The notes beneath the pieces were generated by a model, which was not told where the DNA came from, made no database searches, and was given only the letters and a program-made list of their open reading frames with translations. A stretch of DNA of 64,000 bases from an uncultured candidate division Zixibacteria bacterium (GTDB taxonomy: Bacteria; Zixibacteria; MSB-5A5; UBA10806), in contig CAWDFP010000007.1 of the NCBI GenBank assembly GCA_963801605.1, positions 167,885 to 231,884 of the forward strand, in the 5' to 3' direction. The translations under genes and the position numbers were made by a program. Positions 32,110 through 42,922 of this stretch are shown piece after piece (position 1 is the first letter of the stretch; each line of letters opens with the position of its first letter).

Positions 32110-35100
32110 TTACCGCAACAGAGTCATTTTCTCCTGCTTAACGCCCCGTTCGGTAGTTAGCCTGTAGAAATAGATACCCGATGCGACCGCGACTCCGAGA
32201 GCGGTTCTGACCTTTCCAGATAACACTGTATTTGCCCGGCTGATAGACATCATCAACCAACGTCGTTATACGTTGACCAAGAATATCGAATATCTCCAAT
32301 CTCACATTCGATTGGGATGGCAACGCGAAATCAATTTTAGTTTCGGGATTAAAGGGGTTTGGATAGTTTTGAGATAATTCCATTTCCACAGGAAGCGAAG
32401 TGTATTCCGCGACACCGTCTACCGCAGGATCGACCGACCATCCTATGTTATCAATAAAGATTCCGGGAAGAGTTACGGAGGCATCGGAAACAAAACGGAA
32501 TCTTATTTTATAATGATGCGCGTCAGATCTGAGAATCGGCGTGACATCGAACTCCGTAAGACGGAAACCCGGCATCAGAGTGTCGCAAATCGCCCCGGCC
32601 CTATTCCAGGATATGCCTCCATTGTTGGAAACTTCCACAAAGCAGGTATCTCCGTGGGCGATAATATTCCTACGGTAAAATGTCACTCTGGCATGCCTGT
32701 AAGGAGACAGGTCGTTATCGAAATTCATGGTGATGGAGGCATTGGCATTATTGGGATATTGCGGACTGCTAAAACAGATTGAGCGATGCGAATTGTAACC
32801 ATAGTTAAGAAGTACCCAGCCATCGTCGGCCTGCCACCGATCCATGCCTGTTGTTTCGAAATCCTCAATTACTTCGGATGTAACCATCGCCAGATTAAAC
32901 GTGCCGGACGAGGGCAGCCTGCCAACATTTGGAGTGTGAGCACCATCGGTGGCGCTAAAATAATAATGGACAGTATCACCGGTGAGAAGATTACGGCTCA
33001 GATCCAATGATGCCAAGGTGTATTGATTAGTGTCAGGTACGGCTGAAAGGTATACTATTCGTTCCTGTTCGCTATTGATCCTATAATACATTTTAACATT
33101 CAGCGGATCAACCAGGTTTATATCGCTGGCAGAAATTGTAAAAGGTCCGTATGGTCCAAAGAGGTTGATCGTGTTGTTTGGAGCTTGAATAAGCGCCATG
33201 GTCGGAGGTATGTGATCCGGGCCCACATAGAATGTATAATGATTTCCGGGAGCATCGGTTGGGAATGTCCCCCTGAAACCGGCGCTATCGACTGCCAGAA
33301 CATAATAATCGATATAAGTATTGCCATGCTGCGCTGGAATCTGCCCGGTCCAGACTGCGCCATTCTGGCTCATGTGTGCCGCTTGATATCCGCTGCCGTT
33401 GTTATAGTATATGATAACCGAATCACGCTGCAGAGTGAATATCGATGTAATCGTAGCATTCATCGGGAAAGTGCGGGTGGTATCTTCCGAATCCAACAGG
33501 GAATCGGAGGCAATGGTAAGCTTGGTGCCCGGTCCAATACCATGACGGTCACCAAAATTATGGAATATATCCCAGGCATGAGGTGTACCGTTATTGAGGT
33601 CGTTATCGTTATCATCCAAAGCCACGAAAGCCCAGAAATAAGGTTCGAAATCATTGGTTAGGGCGTAGCGAGCGAAATGCCAGAGCGAATCGGTATATCC
33701 CATCGGGTAAGGCGAAAGCGCCTGCCTCGTATGCCATAGCGCCCCGCCAATAATCTGACCATCGTTATGCGACTCGCCGTTTATATTATCCGGGTATCTA
33801 AACACATTGTCGAGATTCCTCAAAAAATCGGAGGGGTTGTTTAGGAAAAATCCCACGCCGACGTGAGGCTGGTTGGTCATGGTGCAGGCTTGATAATCGG
33901 AAAAACCCTCATGCATAGCCCCGCTGGGACCGTCCGGCCGCGTCATTAAATCGGTTATGCCATGTCCGTATTCATGATAAATGACATCAGCAATCTGCGC
34001 GATATTAGGGCAGCCGCCTCCAGCTTCGTAAAAGTTGACAGTCCTGTTGCCGCCCGACCAAAAAGCATTGCAGCTTCCCACCACATTAACGTTGCAGACC
34101 ATGGGGAAATCCATAACGCCGAGACCGGGATCAAGACGTACAATCCAATTGTGCACCGTGACACCGCTATACCAGGCATCGCGTTCCTGAGGTTCGGAAT
34201 TGGAATCATCCCAATAAATATTTTGCACCGTGGGCGGATCAACCGTGGTGTAAATTTGAGATTCAGGCCCGGCGTCATTCATTACGTTCAGATAAGGCCC
34301 TCGAAGAAAAACCGAAAGATTGATAGGATTCGAATCCGGAGTATCTACGGAATAATTTCCAGCAGAATCGGTTACGATACCATCAAAACCATCAAAATAT
34401 AAATTCATATCATGAAAATTACGATCTTCCCAGGGATCATTCGGATGCAGCGGCTGAATTGAGCCTGAGATATTACCCGAAATAACATCGTAGTATACTT
34501 GATCGACTCGCTCTAGAACTTGGCCGTTTTCAGCATCGACAAAGACTTTCCATTCCGCGTACGGATCGCTGGTTACTATCATAAAACTCAGCGTCGGATG
34601 ATACTCCACGCGGCTTCCAAAATAAATCGGAAAGATTGACTTCCCCAGAAAGCTCGTTTTGGTCATCGTTCCGGATAGGCCTCTCCCGGCGATTTCAAGG
34701 GCTTGAGCATCGGATAAACCAAAGCCGCCGACAGTAATCGGAGCGGAGTCGAGGTTCCCCCACAGGAGAGAAACCTGTCCCTGAGGAGTAATTGCCAGAC
34801 CAATCCCAGCATCTTCAATCGATAATCCCTGGTAAACTCTATGAAATTTAACGAACCATAGCCTGCCCATAGCGAACTTCTTAGAAATCAATTGAAGTTC
34901 ATTATTGGATGAAAAAAAGCCCGCGGAAGCAAGATAATTTCTGGCTGCGGTTTCGATATTTTGATCGTTAATGACATCGGAGCCGGTAGAACCTAATGCC
35001 GGCGCAACTACGATAGCCTGATTTGGTATTTGCGCATTATAGGCAGCATAAGCAGCGCCATAGTTTTCCTTTAAGACTGCGGCTCTGTTATCAATTGAGG

Positions 35101-35224
35101 AATTGATATAAATACCTGAAGATGGATCGTATCCCGGCCTGGCAATAGCGCCCGGGATAGCCTCAGGTTCAGTGGCGGCCAGGGCAACTGAGGCCAGTAC
35201 TAAACTCAAAATTATTCCTCGCAA
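32110..35224 (-). CDS. M36/M4-like zinc metalloprotease with T9SS C-terminal domain, frameshifted near 32200
   Basis: Signal peptide; FTP/PepSY-like N-terminus; 'HEYGHGITD' plus downstream 'GAMHEGFSDY' (HExxH + E). The CTD 'NYPNPFNPETKIDFALPSQ...' ends properly only in the +2 frame ('ASGIYFYRLTTERGVKQEKMTLLR*'). Confidence 0.7.
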
Positions 35225-35241
35225 CTTCTTATGCTCCTTCC

Positions 35242-36840
35242 TTATTTAAGCAACAGCATCTTGCCTGTGGATTTTCGCGGACCGTTATTCAATGAACAAA
35301 AATAAGTCCCGGACGAAACAAGCTCGCCAAACGTGTCTCGGCCAGTCCAATAAACATTATCAACGGTGTTGGCGGTTCCATTATATTCGTAAACCAACCG
35401 ACCGGTAATATCATATATTCGCAGGATTAGAGGATAATCGCTTCTTACACCCGAAATAATAATCGTTGTCCCGCTATTGAAAGGGTTCGGGTAGTTATAT
35501 AACGCCAACTGTTCGGGAATCTGAGGCTCAACATCGGTAGTATCCTCCAGGTAGCGGGCACTTTCAACCTTAAAACCGTAATACAACGATCGGGCAATTC
35601 GCGACTGTTCCCAGCGAACGTCATCAACGTTGGGCTCGTCTGCGCCCCAATTGTCGATAAGATAATCGGCTTCTCTGATTCCCCAGGCTTCAAGCGGCAA
35701 AGTGTAGCTATATACTCCGCTAGAGTCATGATCGAAAAGGTAGTGACTATTCAGAAAGTAATATGATCCGGGATTATCATAAAGATATTGGCTGCGCTGA
35801 ACGCATAGATTATATACCGGCGCCCCGGAAGGGTCTGAAATAAAAATTGGGACAGACTCGGCTTTTACCCATAGCGGGAATGCCAAAGACAATACCGGCG
35901 GACCAAGAATCCCAAAGATGGTAGCAAAAGACGGATCCTCCCCGGGACGATTGCCGCGAATTGCCACGGCTGATGACGTATAGCGGTTGGCAATTGTACA
36001 GGAAAGGTTATAGATATATCCAGGCGGCCCGCCATGCTGTACACCGTCATAAGGGAGCGGGTAAGGGTCAGCATAAATATTGCCCATATCGCGAGCCAGA
36101 ACCGCCAGCACCCAGCTAACATTAATCAGGCTGGTATCCAGACGGCTTTCAACAAGATTTTTAGCGCGTCGATAACGGTCCAAACCACTTTGATTAAGGC
36201 TGTCCCCCGAAAAAGAAAAGTTTGATCTGATGAGAAATCCAGGTGAATTGAGATCAGGATCGAGAGGATCGAATTTGCGGTAAGAACGATTGGCAGCTTC
36301 ATAAAAAGCGCAGGCGCCTGTGGAATCGAGGCAGCCGAAATTCCAGCAAAAGCTTCGGCCCGTAATATTGGTGGAATCGAGAAAAGACTCGAAATCCGTA
36401 AGCGTTCGGCATGTCTCCAGGGCAAGACGCATGATCGTGCCATCATCAAGCCCATAATAAAGCGTATCATGAAGATTATAGGAATCAGAATTCATGATTG
36501 CGAAACCGTGTTCGTTGGCGCCCATATATATTCTGGTCGTATCCGAGCGATAGCAATCTCCCGTAAATTTATACGTGGTTATGCCATTCCTCTGATAGGA
36601 GTCATAATAAATATAGCGCTGGTTATGATCCGAAACATCACGGTTTTTCCAGATAATCGGCCTGCCATCGGCGGTTACAGCGCCGCTAAAAATGCCAACG
36701 GTGCATTCGCCCGGCGGGCCAAGTTCGGGTTGGTCATCGGCCCAAATGTTGCAGAATAGGCCAGCGCACAAACACAGCGAGAGGGCTACCGTAAATAGCA
36801 TTTGGGATATACGTATTGGGGAACCTATGCTGTTTACCAT
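35242..36840 (-). CDS. Ntn-hydrolase (peptidase C69 / choloylglycine-hydrolase-like) with T9SS C-terminal domain
   Basis: Signal peptide, then 'GECTVGIFSGAVTADGRPIIWKNRD' (N-terminal nucleophile Cys); CTD 'NYPNPFNSGTTII...SSGTYFCSL...KMLLLK'. Confidence 0.7.
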   Translation of the reverse strand: MVNSIGSPIRISQMLFTVALSLCLCAGLFCNIWADDQPELGPPGECTVGIFSGAVTADGRPIIWKNRDVSDHNQRYIYYDSYQRNGITTYKFTGDCYRSDTTRIYMGANEHGFAIMNSDSYNLHDTLYYGLDDGTIMRLALETCRTLTDFESFLDSTNITGRSFCWNFGCLDSTGACAFYEAANRSYRKFDPLDPDLNSPGFLIRSNFSFSGDSLNQSGLDRYRRAKNLVESRLDTSLINVSWVLAVLARDMGNIYADPYPLPYDGVQHGGPPGYIYNLSCTIANRYTSSAVAIRGNRPGEDPSFATIFGILGPPVLSLAFPLWVKAESVPIFISDPSGAPVYNLCVQRSQYLYDNPGSYYFLNSHYLFDHDSSGVYSYTLPLEAWGIREADYLIDNWGADEPNVDDVRWEQSRIARSLYYGFKVESARYLEDTTDVEPQIPEQLALYNYPNPFNSGTTIIISGVRSDYPLILRIYDITGRLVYEYNGTANTVDNVYWTGRDTFGELVSSGTYFCSLNNGPRKSTGKMLLLK

Positions 36841-36871
36841 TTATCTGTATCAATAAGCCGTAAATTAGGAT

Positions 36872-38428
36872 CTATTTTATCAATAACGCCTTAACGGTTG
36901 CAGAGTGAGCCTGAGAAGCGGCCCTAATAAGATAAACACCTGATGATAATGAATTGGAATGGTCGTCCCGTCCATCCCAAACTAAATGATTTTCATGCCC
37001 TCCAAACAAAGACAGGCTTTTTACCTCGCGCCCCATAATATCATAAATTTTTACTTCAATCGGGTCATTCTTATCGAAATGGGATAAATCAATTGTCGTA
37101 TTGGAATTAAACGGATTCGGATAATTTGAAATTTCCTCTTCCTGCCCGGAATCCCAGACAAGCTGAGGAGTAAAATCGAGCGGAATCCGTACATAAGAGT
37201 TATAAATACTATCCGCCAGTAAATTTTGAACTGATGCGAAAACTTCCGATCCCGGAATATTCTGCCGCCAACCTGTAAGATAAGAATCTGCTAAATTTAG
37301 AATGCTTGTTTCGAGCGGCAATGTATAAGTGAATAGCCCAACGCTATCTTTTCCCATCAGATAGCGGCTATCGAGATATTCGCCATCATTATGAAGCGTG
37401 TAAATCCTGGCGTGACGGGCCATAACCTGGGAATACATGGGAACATTGGTTCCTCGATTTAAAACCGCTGGCACTTGATGCGATTCAACCCACAAAGGAT
37501 AAGCTACCGAGAGCACCGGCTGGCCTATCATGGCATAGATTGTGGATAGCCTGGGGTCTTCGCCCGGTTTTATACCGCGAATAACCATTACCGACCGCGT
37601 ATTATCCCGATTGATGGTACTGTCGTGAACGCAGATAAAACCGGCAGGCCGACCATTTTGAGTGCCATTGTAGGGCAAGGGATATGGATCGGCAATCGGA
37701 TTGGCTAAATCGCGTGTTAGTTTTTGAAAAATAAACCGGGGATCAATGCCTTGAGTTAACAATCGGGTTCGAACTAAATCGCAGGCTCTTTTATATCTGT
37801 CGTAACCATCATAATCCCTGGTACCGGATAGACTGAAAGTTGCCCGTAGTGTAACGCCGTTTCCTTCATTTAGAGAATCGTAAGCATCAAACTTTACATA
37901 ACTGAAATTGGCGCATTCATACAGAGCGGCGTGCCCGAAAGCATCCATAGCCGCATAATTCCAACAGTCTTTTCTTCCGATCACGGAGGTAGCATCGAGG
38001 ATATGCTCGAAATCGGCCAGCGTACGACACCGTCCCAGAGCCATTTTCATGATGGTGCCATCGTCGATACCATCAATCATCTGGTCGCCAAGATTGTAGG
38101 AATTGCCGTTGATAACCGCAAAACCTGTCGAATTAAGTCCCATGAAAACTTTGGTAGTATCGGAGGAAAAAGCATTGCCAATGAAAGCCAGAGTAGTATC
38201 AAGCAGGCTTACGGTTGGGGCGTAATAACAAAATTTCTGAACGGCGTTGGTGATATCGCGGTTTTTCCAAAGGATAGGGCGCCCATCGGTTGTAGCGTCT
38301 CCTGTAAAAATACCCAGAGTGCATTCACCAATTCTCGGTGGCGCTTTCGTATCGCTTTGAAAGACAATGAGAAAGAGAAGGGCGCAGATTACAATTGATC
38401 TCATATTTACCCCTGCGAAAAATAGCAT
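36872..38428 (-). CDS. Ntn-hydrolase (C69-like) with T9SS C-terminal domain; paralog of 35242..36840
   Basis: 'GECTLGIFTGDATTDGRPILWKNRD'; collinear similarity to the upstream paralog along the full length; CTD 'NYPNPFNSNTTIDL...SGVYLIRA...KALLIK'. Confidence 0.7.
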   Translation of the reverse strand: MLFFAGVNMRSIVICALLFLIVFQSDTKAPPRIGECTLGIFTGDATTDGRPILWKNRDITNAVQKFCYYAPTVSLLDTTLAFIGNAFSSDTTKVFMGLNSTGFAVINGNSYNLGDQMIDGIDDGTIMKMALGRCRTLADFEHILDATSVIGRKDCWNYAAMDAFGHAALYECANFSYVKFDAYDSLNEGNGVTLRATFSLSGTRDYDGYDRYKRACDLVRTRLLTQGIDPRFIFQKLTRDLANPIADPYPLPYNGTQNGRPAGFICVHDSTINRDNTRSVMVIRGIKPGEDPRLSTIYAMIGQPVLSVAYPLWVESHQVPAVLNRGTNVPMYSQVMARHARIYTLHNDGEYLDSRYLMGKDSVGLFTYTLPLETSILNLADSYLTGWRQNIPGSEVFASVQNLLADSIYNSYVRIPLDFTPQLVWDSGQEEEISNYPNPFNSNTTIDLSHFDKNDPIEVKIYDIMGREVKSLSLFGGHENHLVWDGRDDHSNSLSSGVYLIRAASQAHSATVKALLIK

Positions 38429-38608
38429 CAGTTACGAATAAGTCAAGCTTTTAATAAAATTAAGCAAATGTTATCCATTATTGGATGCTGGCAATTCTTG
38501 TTAGCGTTTTATTTGGAATAATTGCGGGACTTTGGCGTATCGCCTTAACTTCCCTCTCCCCCTTTCTTTTAGCTTGACATAAAGCCGGAGGCGATTAACT
38601 TTCGACAG

Positions 38609-38929
38609 ATGGAAGACTTTATTTCTTACTTCTCGCTTGTCGCCCTGATTCTGGTATTGATTCTTCTCACCTGGGCCATCATCCTGATGTATATTGACCG
38701 CACTCGCAAGGTAACGGCCCGCAGCCGCCTGGCGGAGTTGCGAAAAAAAGTTGAGGCATTGCCTGAGGAAACTGACGAAGAAAAGCTTAAAAAGAACCAG
38801 CTTCATCGCGAGTTAAATTTGGAATACCTCGATAATATTCTTGGTGAAATCGAAAAGATTCAAGTCAGCCTTGCCAAAAAAGCGCTGGAAGATAAAAAGA
38901 ATAAGGCTAAGAAGAAAAGTAAAAAGTAA
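38609..38929 (+). CDS. Small membrane-anchored coiled-coil protein (hypothetical)
   Basis: N-terminal TM 'FSLVALILVLILLTWAIILMYI', then a charged coiled-coil and a Lys-rich tail; 106 aa. Confidence 0.4.
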   Translation: MEDFISYFSLVALILVLILLTWAIILMYIDRTRKVTARSRLAELRKKVEALPEETDEEKLKKNQLHRELNLEYLDNILGEIEKIQVSLAKKALEDKKNKAKKKSKK

Positions 38930-38981
38930 GCGAGTTGTTTTCGGCCCATTTTTTGATCTTCATATAAAAAAAGGGATAATA

Positions 38982-40106
38982 ATGAAAAGAGCAGTAATTC
39001 TGGCCATTCTGGCAGGCTTCATATTTTCCTGCGGAAGTGACAAACCGACAGATAGTAATCATGGCATAACCGTGAGTATACTTCCTTACCGCGCCGTAGT
39101 CGATCTTGGCGCCACTTATCATTTTATATCGAGAGTTGATGGCGCCAGTAATCAGATTGTTTATTGGAGCATGGAAGGTGATACCTCCGCCGGCCGAATA
39201 GATTCGCTGGGAAATTACTTAGCGCCAATGTCTACGCCAGTAGGTATAGATTCAGTCAGGATTACGGCCAGAGCGCAGGTAGATGAAACTAAAACCGCCA
39301 GGGCCTGGGCGGTACTGGTCGATCCCGCTAAGATTTATGTCTCCGTAAACGGCTCAGATACTACCGGATTAGGGACCAGATGGCGTCCATACCGCTCGAT
39401 TTCACAGGGCCTTTATCGGGCGCGTGTTAATCAAATGGTGTTAGTTGGCGCAGGTCAATACGATATAGCAAGCGGTGAGACGTTTCCTTTGCGCGTATTG
39501 GGAGGTATTACGGTTCAAGGAGCCGGTAGAGATTCCACCTTTGTGGTTGGTCCGGGGGGAACTGATCCTTTGAGAGACGCCATATTCGAAATCAACGGCG
39601 ATGCCATCACCGTTGAAAAGCTAAATATTAGCTCTTCAAATTCAATGGGGATCGGAGTCTGGATACGTCCGGGGCGATATGTAAAGCTATCGCATAATCA
39701 AATCAGTCAAAATTATATCGGCGTTTATTCGAGCGGTAAATTCATCCCGCCGGCGCTGATTGAATCCAATCACATCACCGAGGATTCAATTGGAATTGTA
39801 ACCGCGGATTCAAGCGGACTTATTATTAGAAACAGTAACATTTTCAATTGTTATAAATATGGAATTGAAATTCGAGATTTCAGTAGTCCAAATCTGGGAA
39901 TGAACGATTCCACTGCCGCCGGCAATGATACAATCCAGAATTGCGGCAACGGCAATGTTTATCTTATTTACAATGGTAGTCCGGACACGGTCTGGGCTAT
40001 CGGTAATACCTGGATATATCCCGTCCCTGAATATAACGATATCTATATTTACGACGATGATGAATCGGGGATGGCGTCGGGTCCGGTAATATTAAGAGAG
40101 CCGTAA
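38982..40106 (+). CDS. Right-handed parallel beta-helix repeat lipoprotein
   Basis: Lipobox 'LAILAGFIFSCGS'; repeated 'NxxxxNxxxGI' PbH1 repeats ('NSNIFNCYKYGIEIRD','IQNCGNGNVYL'). Confidence 0.6.
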   Translation: MKRAVILAILAGFIFSCGSDKPTDSNHGITVSILPYRAVVDLGATYHFISRVDGASNQIVYWSMEGDTSAGRIDSLGNYLAPMSTPVGIDSVRITARAQVDETKTARAWAVLVDPAKIYVSVNGSDTTGLGTRWRPYRSISQGLYRARVNQMVLVGAGQYDIASGETFPLRVLGGITVQGAGRDSTFVVGPGGTDPLRDAIFEINGDAITVEKLNISSSNSMGIGVWIRPGRYVKLSHNQISQNYIGVYSSGKFIPPALIESNHITEDSIGIVTADSSGLIIRNSNIFNCYKYGIEIRDFSSPNLGMNDSTAAGNDTIQNCGNGNVYLIYNGSPDTVWAIGNTWIYPVPEYNDIYIYDDDESGMASGPVILREP

Positions 40107-40389
40107 CGATAAAAGCTAAAATCACAAATTGAAGGCGGCATTAATCATGTCGCCTTTTTTGATTCAACTGCTTTAGCCAACGGCAGGAAATACTTTAATA
40201 ATGTATAGTCGATACAATATTTATCGGATTAAACAAACCTGGTAATTTTTTCATCTATCCCTTCTGTTCTCCAATTATAAATTTCGAAACATCAGAACCT
40301 CGTTTTCCGTAATGAAATAAGGTTGTGAAAATAGAATGGGCGGGCGAGTTGCTGGGAGTACCTCAACACTAACTGTTGGAGATAACGGC

Positions 40390-42690
40390 ATGAATCGTAA
40401 ATCAGGTAAAACCATTCCGCTGCTGACAACAATTATGATCCTGATGACAATACCTATAATCAATCTTCGGGCAACCGAATTCGCCCCGGTCTTTCATCCC
40501 ACGCTCGAAATTAAAAGACTCAGCGGAACTATCAAGATCGATGGTAATCTCGATGACTCCGGATGGATTTCGGCGTCGAAGGCTGTCAATTTCGTCGAAC
40601 GTTACCCCGGAAAAAATCTCAAACCTGAGGTAGAAACCGAGGCATTAATAACCTACGATGATAATAATCTTTACGTCGCGTTTGTATGTAAAGATGATCC
40701 CTCGAAGATCCGGGCTACAATGTGCCAGAGAGATCAATTTTCCAACGATGACGACGTCTGTCTGCTTCTGGATACTTATGGCAACGCTTCCTGGGCGTAC
40801 GAATTATTCGTAAATCCGTACGGCATTCAAATGGATCGTTTATGGTCGAATATTACCGGCGAAGACGAAGGATTCGATATGATTTGGGAATCTGCCGGTA
40901 AGATCACTGATTCAGGTTACCAGGTTGAGATCGCGGTCCCCTTTGCAAGCCTGAGATTTCCTAACGTAGATACCCAAAGCTGGAAAATAGATTTTTGGCG
41001 CAATCACCCACGCGAGTTTAACAGGCAATATTCCTGGGCCGCTTATAATCCTGACGATCAATGCTGGGTTTGTCAGTGGGGTACCGCAAATGGGATTATT
41101 GGAGTCAAGCCCGGTAAAGGATTGGAAATTCTGCCAAGCGTTATAGCCAATCAATCAGGCGAAATTGCGCCACCTGCTAACTTAGATTCCAAATTCATCA
41201 ATAATGATCCCAAGGCAGCGGGGTCTATCGGCGCCAAATACTCTATTTCATCGAACATGACGATGGAAGCCACTTATAATCCGGATTTCAGTCAAATCGA
41301 AGCAGATGCGGCTCAGATAGACGTGAACTCCACTATCGCCCTGCGCTATCCGGAAAAACGTCCCTTTTTCCAGGAAGGCAGCGATATATTCCAAACGCCG
41401 TTCAATTCGTTTTATTCGAGAACCATCAATGATCCCCGGTTTGCAGCCAAGATGACGGGCAGAACGGGACGGTATAATATCGGATTTCTTTCGGCGTATG
41501 ATGAAAATACGCCGTATATAATTCCGCTCGAGGAAAAAAGTATTCTGGTCAATTCCGGAAAAAGTACGGTCAATATATTGAGGGCGTCACGGACGATAGG
41601 CAGGAATAACTATCTGGGATTTATCGTAACTGACCGGCGTTTCAACGGGGGCGGATACGGTACGATACTGGCGGCCGACGGGGTATACAGACTCTCGGAA
41701 AAATATAGCATAGTGGCGCAGTATATTGCCAGCCTTACCAAAGAGCCCGCCGATAGCACTTTGAATGCTAATGAAGGATTGATTGGCGAGACATTCGATA
41801 AGAATAAACATACGGTAGCGCTCGATGGTGAATCTTATGGCGGCGAGGCCATTGTTTCCCAATTCCGCAGACAAGCCCGCAATTGGAGTTTTAATTTAAA
41901 TTACGATCATACCTCGCCAACATACCGTACTGAGACCGGTTATGATCCCTGGAATGATTATAAAAACCTAAATTTCTATTCCCAGTACGATTTCTATCCG
42001 ACAAATAGTATTTTCGGCCGAATCTCTCCTCAATTGGCAATTGAGAATCGCTGGGATTTTTCAAATCGAAAAAAGTGGATGCACGGCGGTATCGAGCTTC
42101 AAAATAACCTGAATTTCGCTCAAACCTATATTAACCTTTCATATTTCGCCAGTAATGAAAGATGGCAGGGTATCGACTTTAAGAATCTCTGGAATTTTGA
42201 ATTTCAAACCGGGTTTCAACCGACTAACATGATTTCATTTGACTTTCAAATGGACTACGGCCCAAATGTTGCAGTCTGGATTCCGACAAAAGGTAATCAA
42301 ACTTATATTGAGGCCAGCTTAAGCTTCAAGCCAATCGACAGGTTGGTTATCGAACCTACTCTGGGATTTTCGCGAAGCAAACAGGTCGATTCGGGTGACG
42401 AGCTTTACCGTCAAACAATCGCAAGAACCAGGGTTCGGCTCCAGGTCAACAAGGAATTATCGATGCGTCTGGTAGCCCAATATATAGATGAGTCCAACTC
42501 CTTTGGCGGGCGCTCCAAAAACTGGGAATTCGATCCGCTGGTGACATACAGAATCAGTTCGTTTTCGGTATTCTATGTCGGTTCCACTCATAATTTATCG
42601 AAACTTACGGATCAGGCAGGCATCAGAGACGGCTGGAGACAGGTTGCCAGACAATATTTTGTAAAGCTTCAATATCTGTTCAGGGTATAA
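40390..42690 (+). CDS. DUF5916/CBM9-like domain protein (probable outer-membrane associated)
   Basis: Signal peptide 'MNRKSGKTIPLLTTIMILMTIPIINLRA'; N-terminal 'IKIDGNLDDSGW...YVAFVC' CBM9-like module; long beta-rich C-terminus ending in F/V. Confidence 0.5.
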   Translation: MNRKSGKTIPLLTTIMILMTIPIINLRATEFAPVFHPTLEIKRLSGTIKIDGNLDDSGWISASKAVNFVERYPGKNLKPEVETEALITYDDNNLYVAFVCKDDPSKIRATMCQRDQFSNDDDVCLLLDTYGNASWAYELFVNPYGIQMDRLWSNITGEDEGFDMIWESAGKITDSGYQVEIAVPFASLRFPNVDTQSWKIDFWRNHPREFNRQYSWAAYNPDDQCWVCQWGTANGIIGVKPGKGLEILPSVIANQSGEIAPPANLDSKFINNDPKAAGSIGAKYSISSNMTMEATYNPDFSQIEADAAQIDVNSTIALRYPEKRPFFQEGSDIFQTPFNSFYSRTINDPRFAAKMTGRTGRYNIGFLSAYDENTPYIIPLEEKSILVNSGKSTVNILRASRTIGRNNYLGFIVTDRRFNGGGYGTILAADGVYRLSEKYSIVAQYIASLTKEPADSTLNANEGLIGETFDKNKHTVALDGESYGGEAIVSQFRRQARNWSFNLNYDHTSPTYRTETGYDPWNDYKNLNFYSQYDFYPTNSIFGRISPQLAIENRWDFSNRKKWMHGGIELQNNLNFAQTYINLSYFASNERWQGIDFKNLWNFEFQTGFQPTNMISFDFQMDYGPNVAVWIPTKGNQTYIEASLSFKPIDRLVIEPTLGFSRSKQVDSGDELYRQTIARTRVRLQVNKELSMRLVAQYIDESNSFGGRSKNWEFDPLVTYRISSFSVFYVGSTHNLSKLTDQAGIRDGWRQVARQYFVKLQYLFRV

Positions 42691-42722
42691 TCGCTAATCG
42701 ACTTTTATAAATTACCGTTTTC

Positions 42723-42749
42723 GGCCGTCATTTTCTTAATTTGACGGCC
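42723..42749 (+). terminator. Hairpin terminator after 40390..42690
   Basis: ggccgtca-tttt cttaatt-tgacggcc stem-loop 30 nt after the stop codon. Confidence 0.4.
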
Positions 42750-42922
42750 TAAATATTTCATGGATGCTTGATTTTTTATTAGAATTTAGTGATGAAAATG
42801 TCTGATTATTATAAATTTGTTATTAGTAATTAATCACGAATAGCGCCATATTGGTCTCGGCTTGACGCTTTTTATATTGCGTTATGGCCTCTTTATTATT
42901 ATAGTTACGCGAATTTTCTTTA

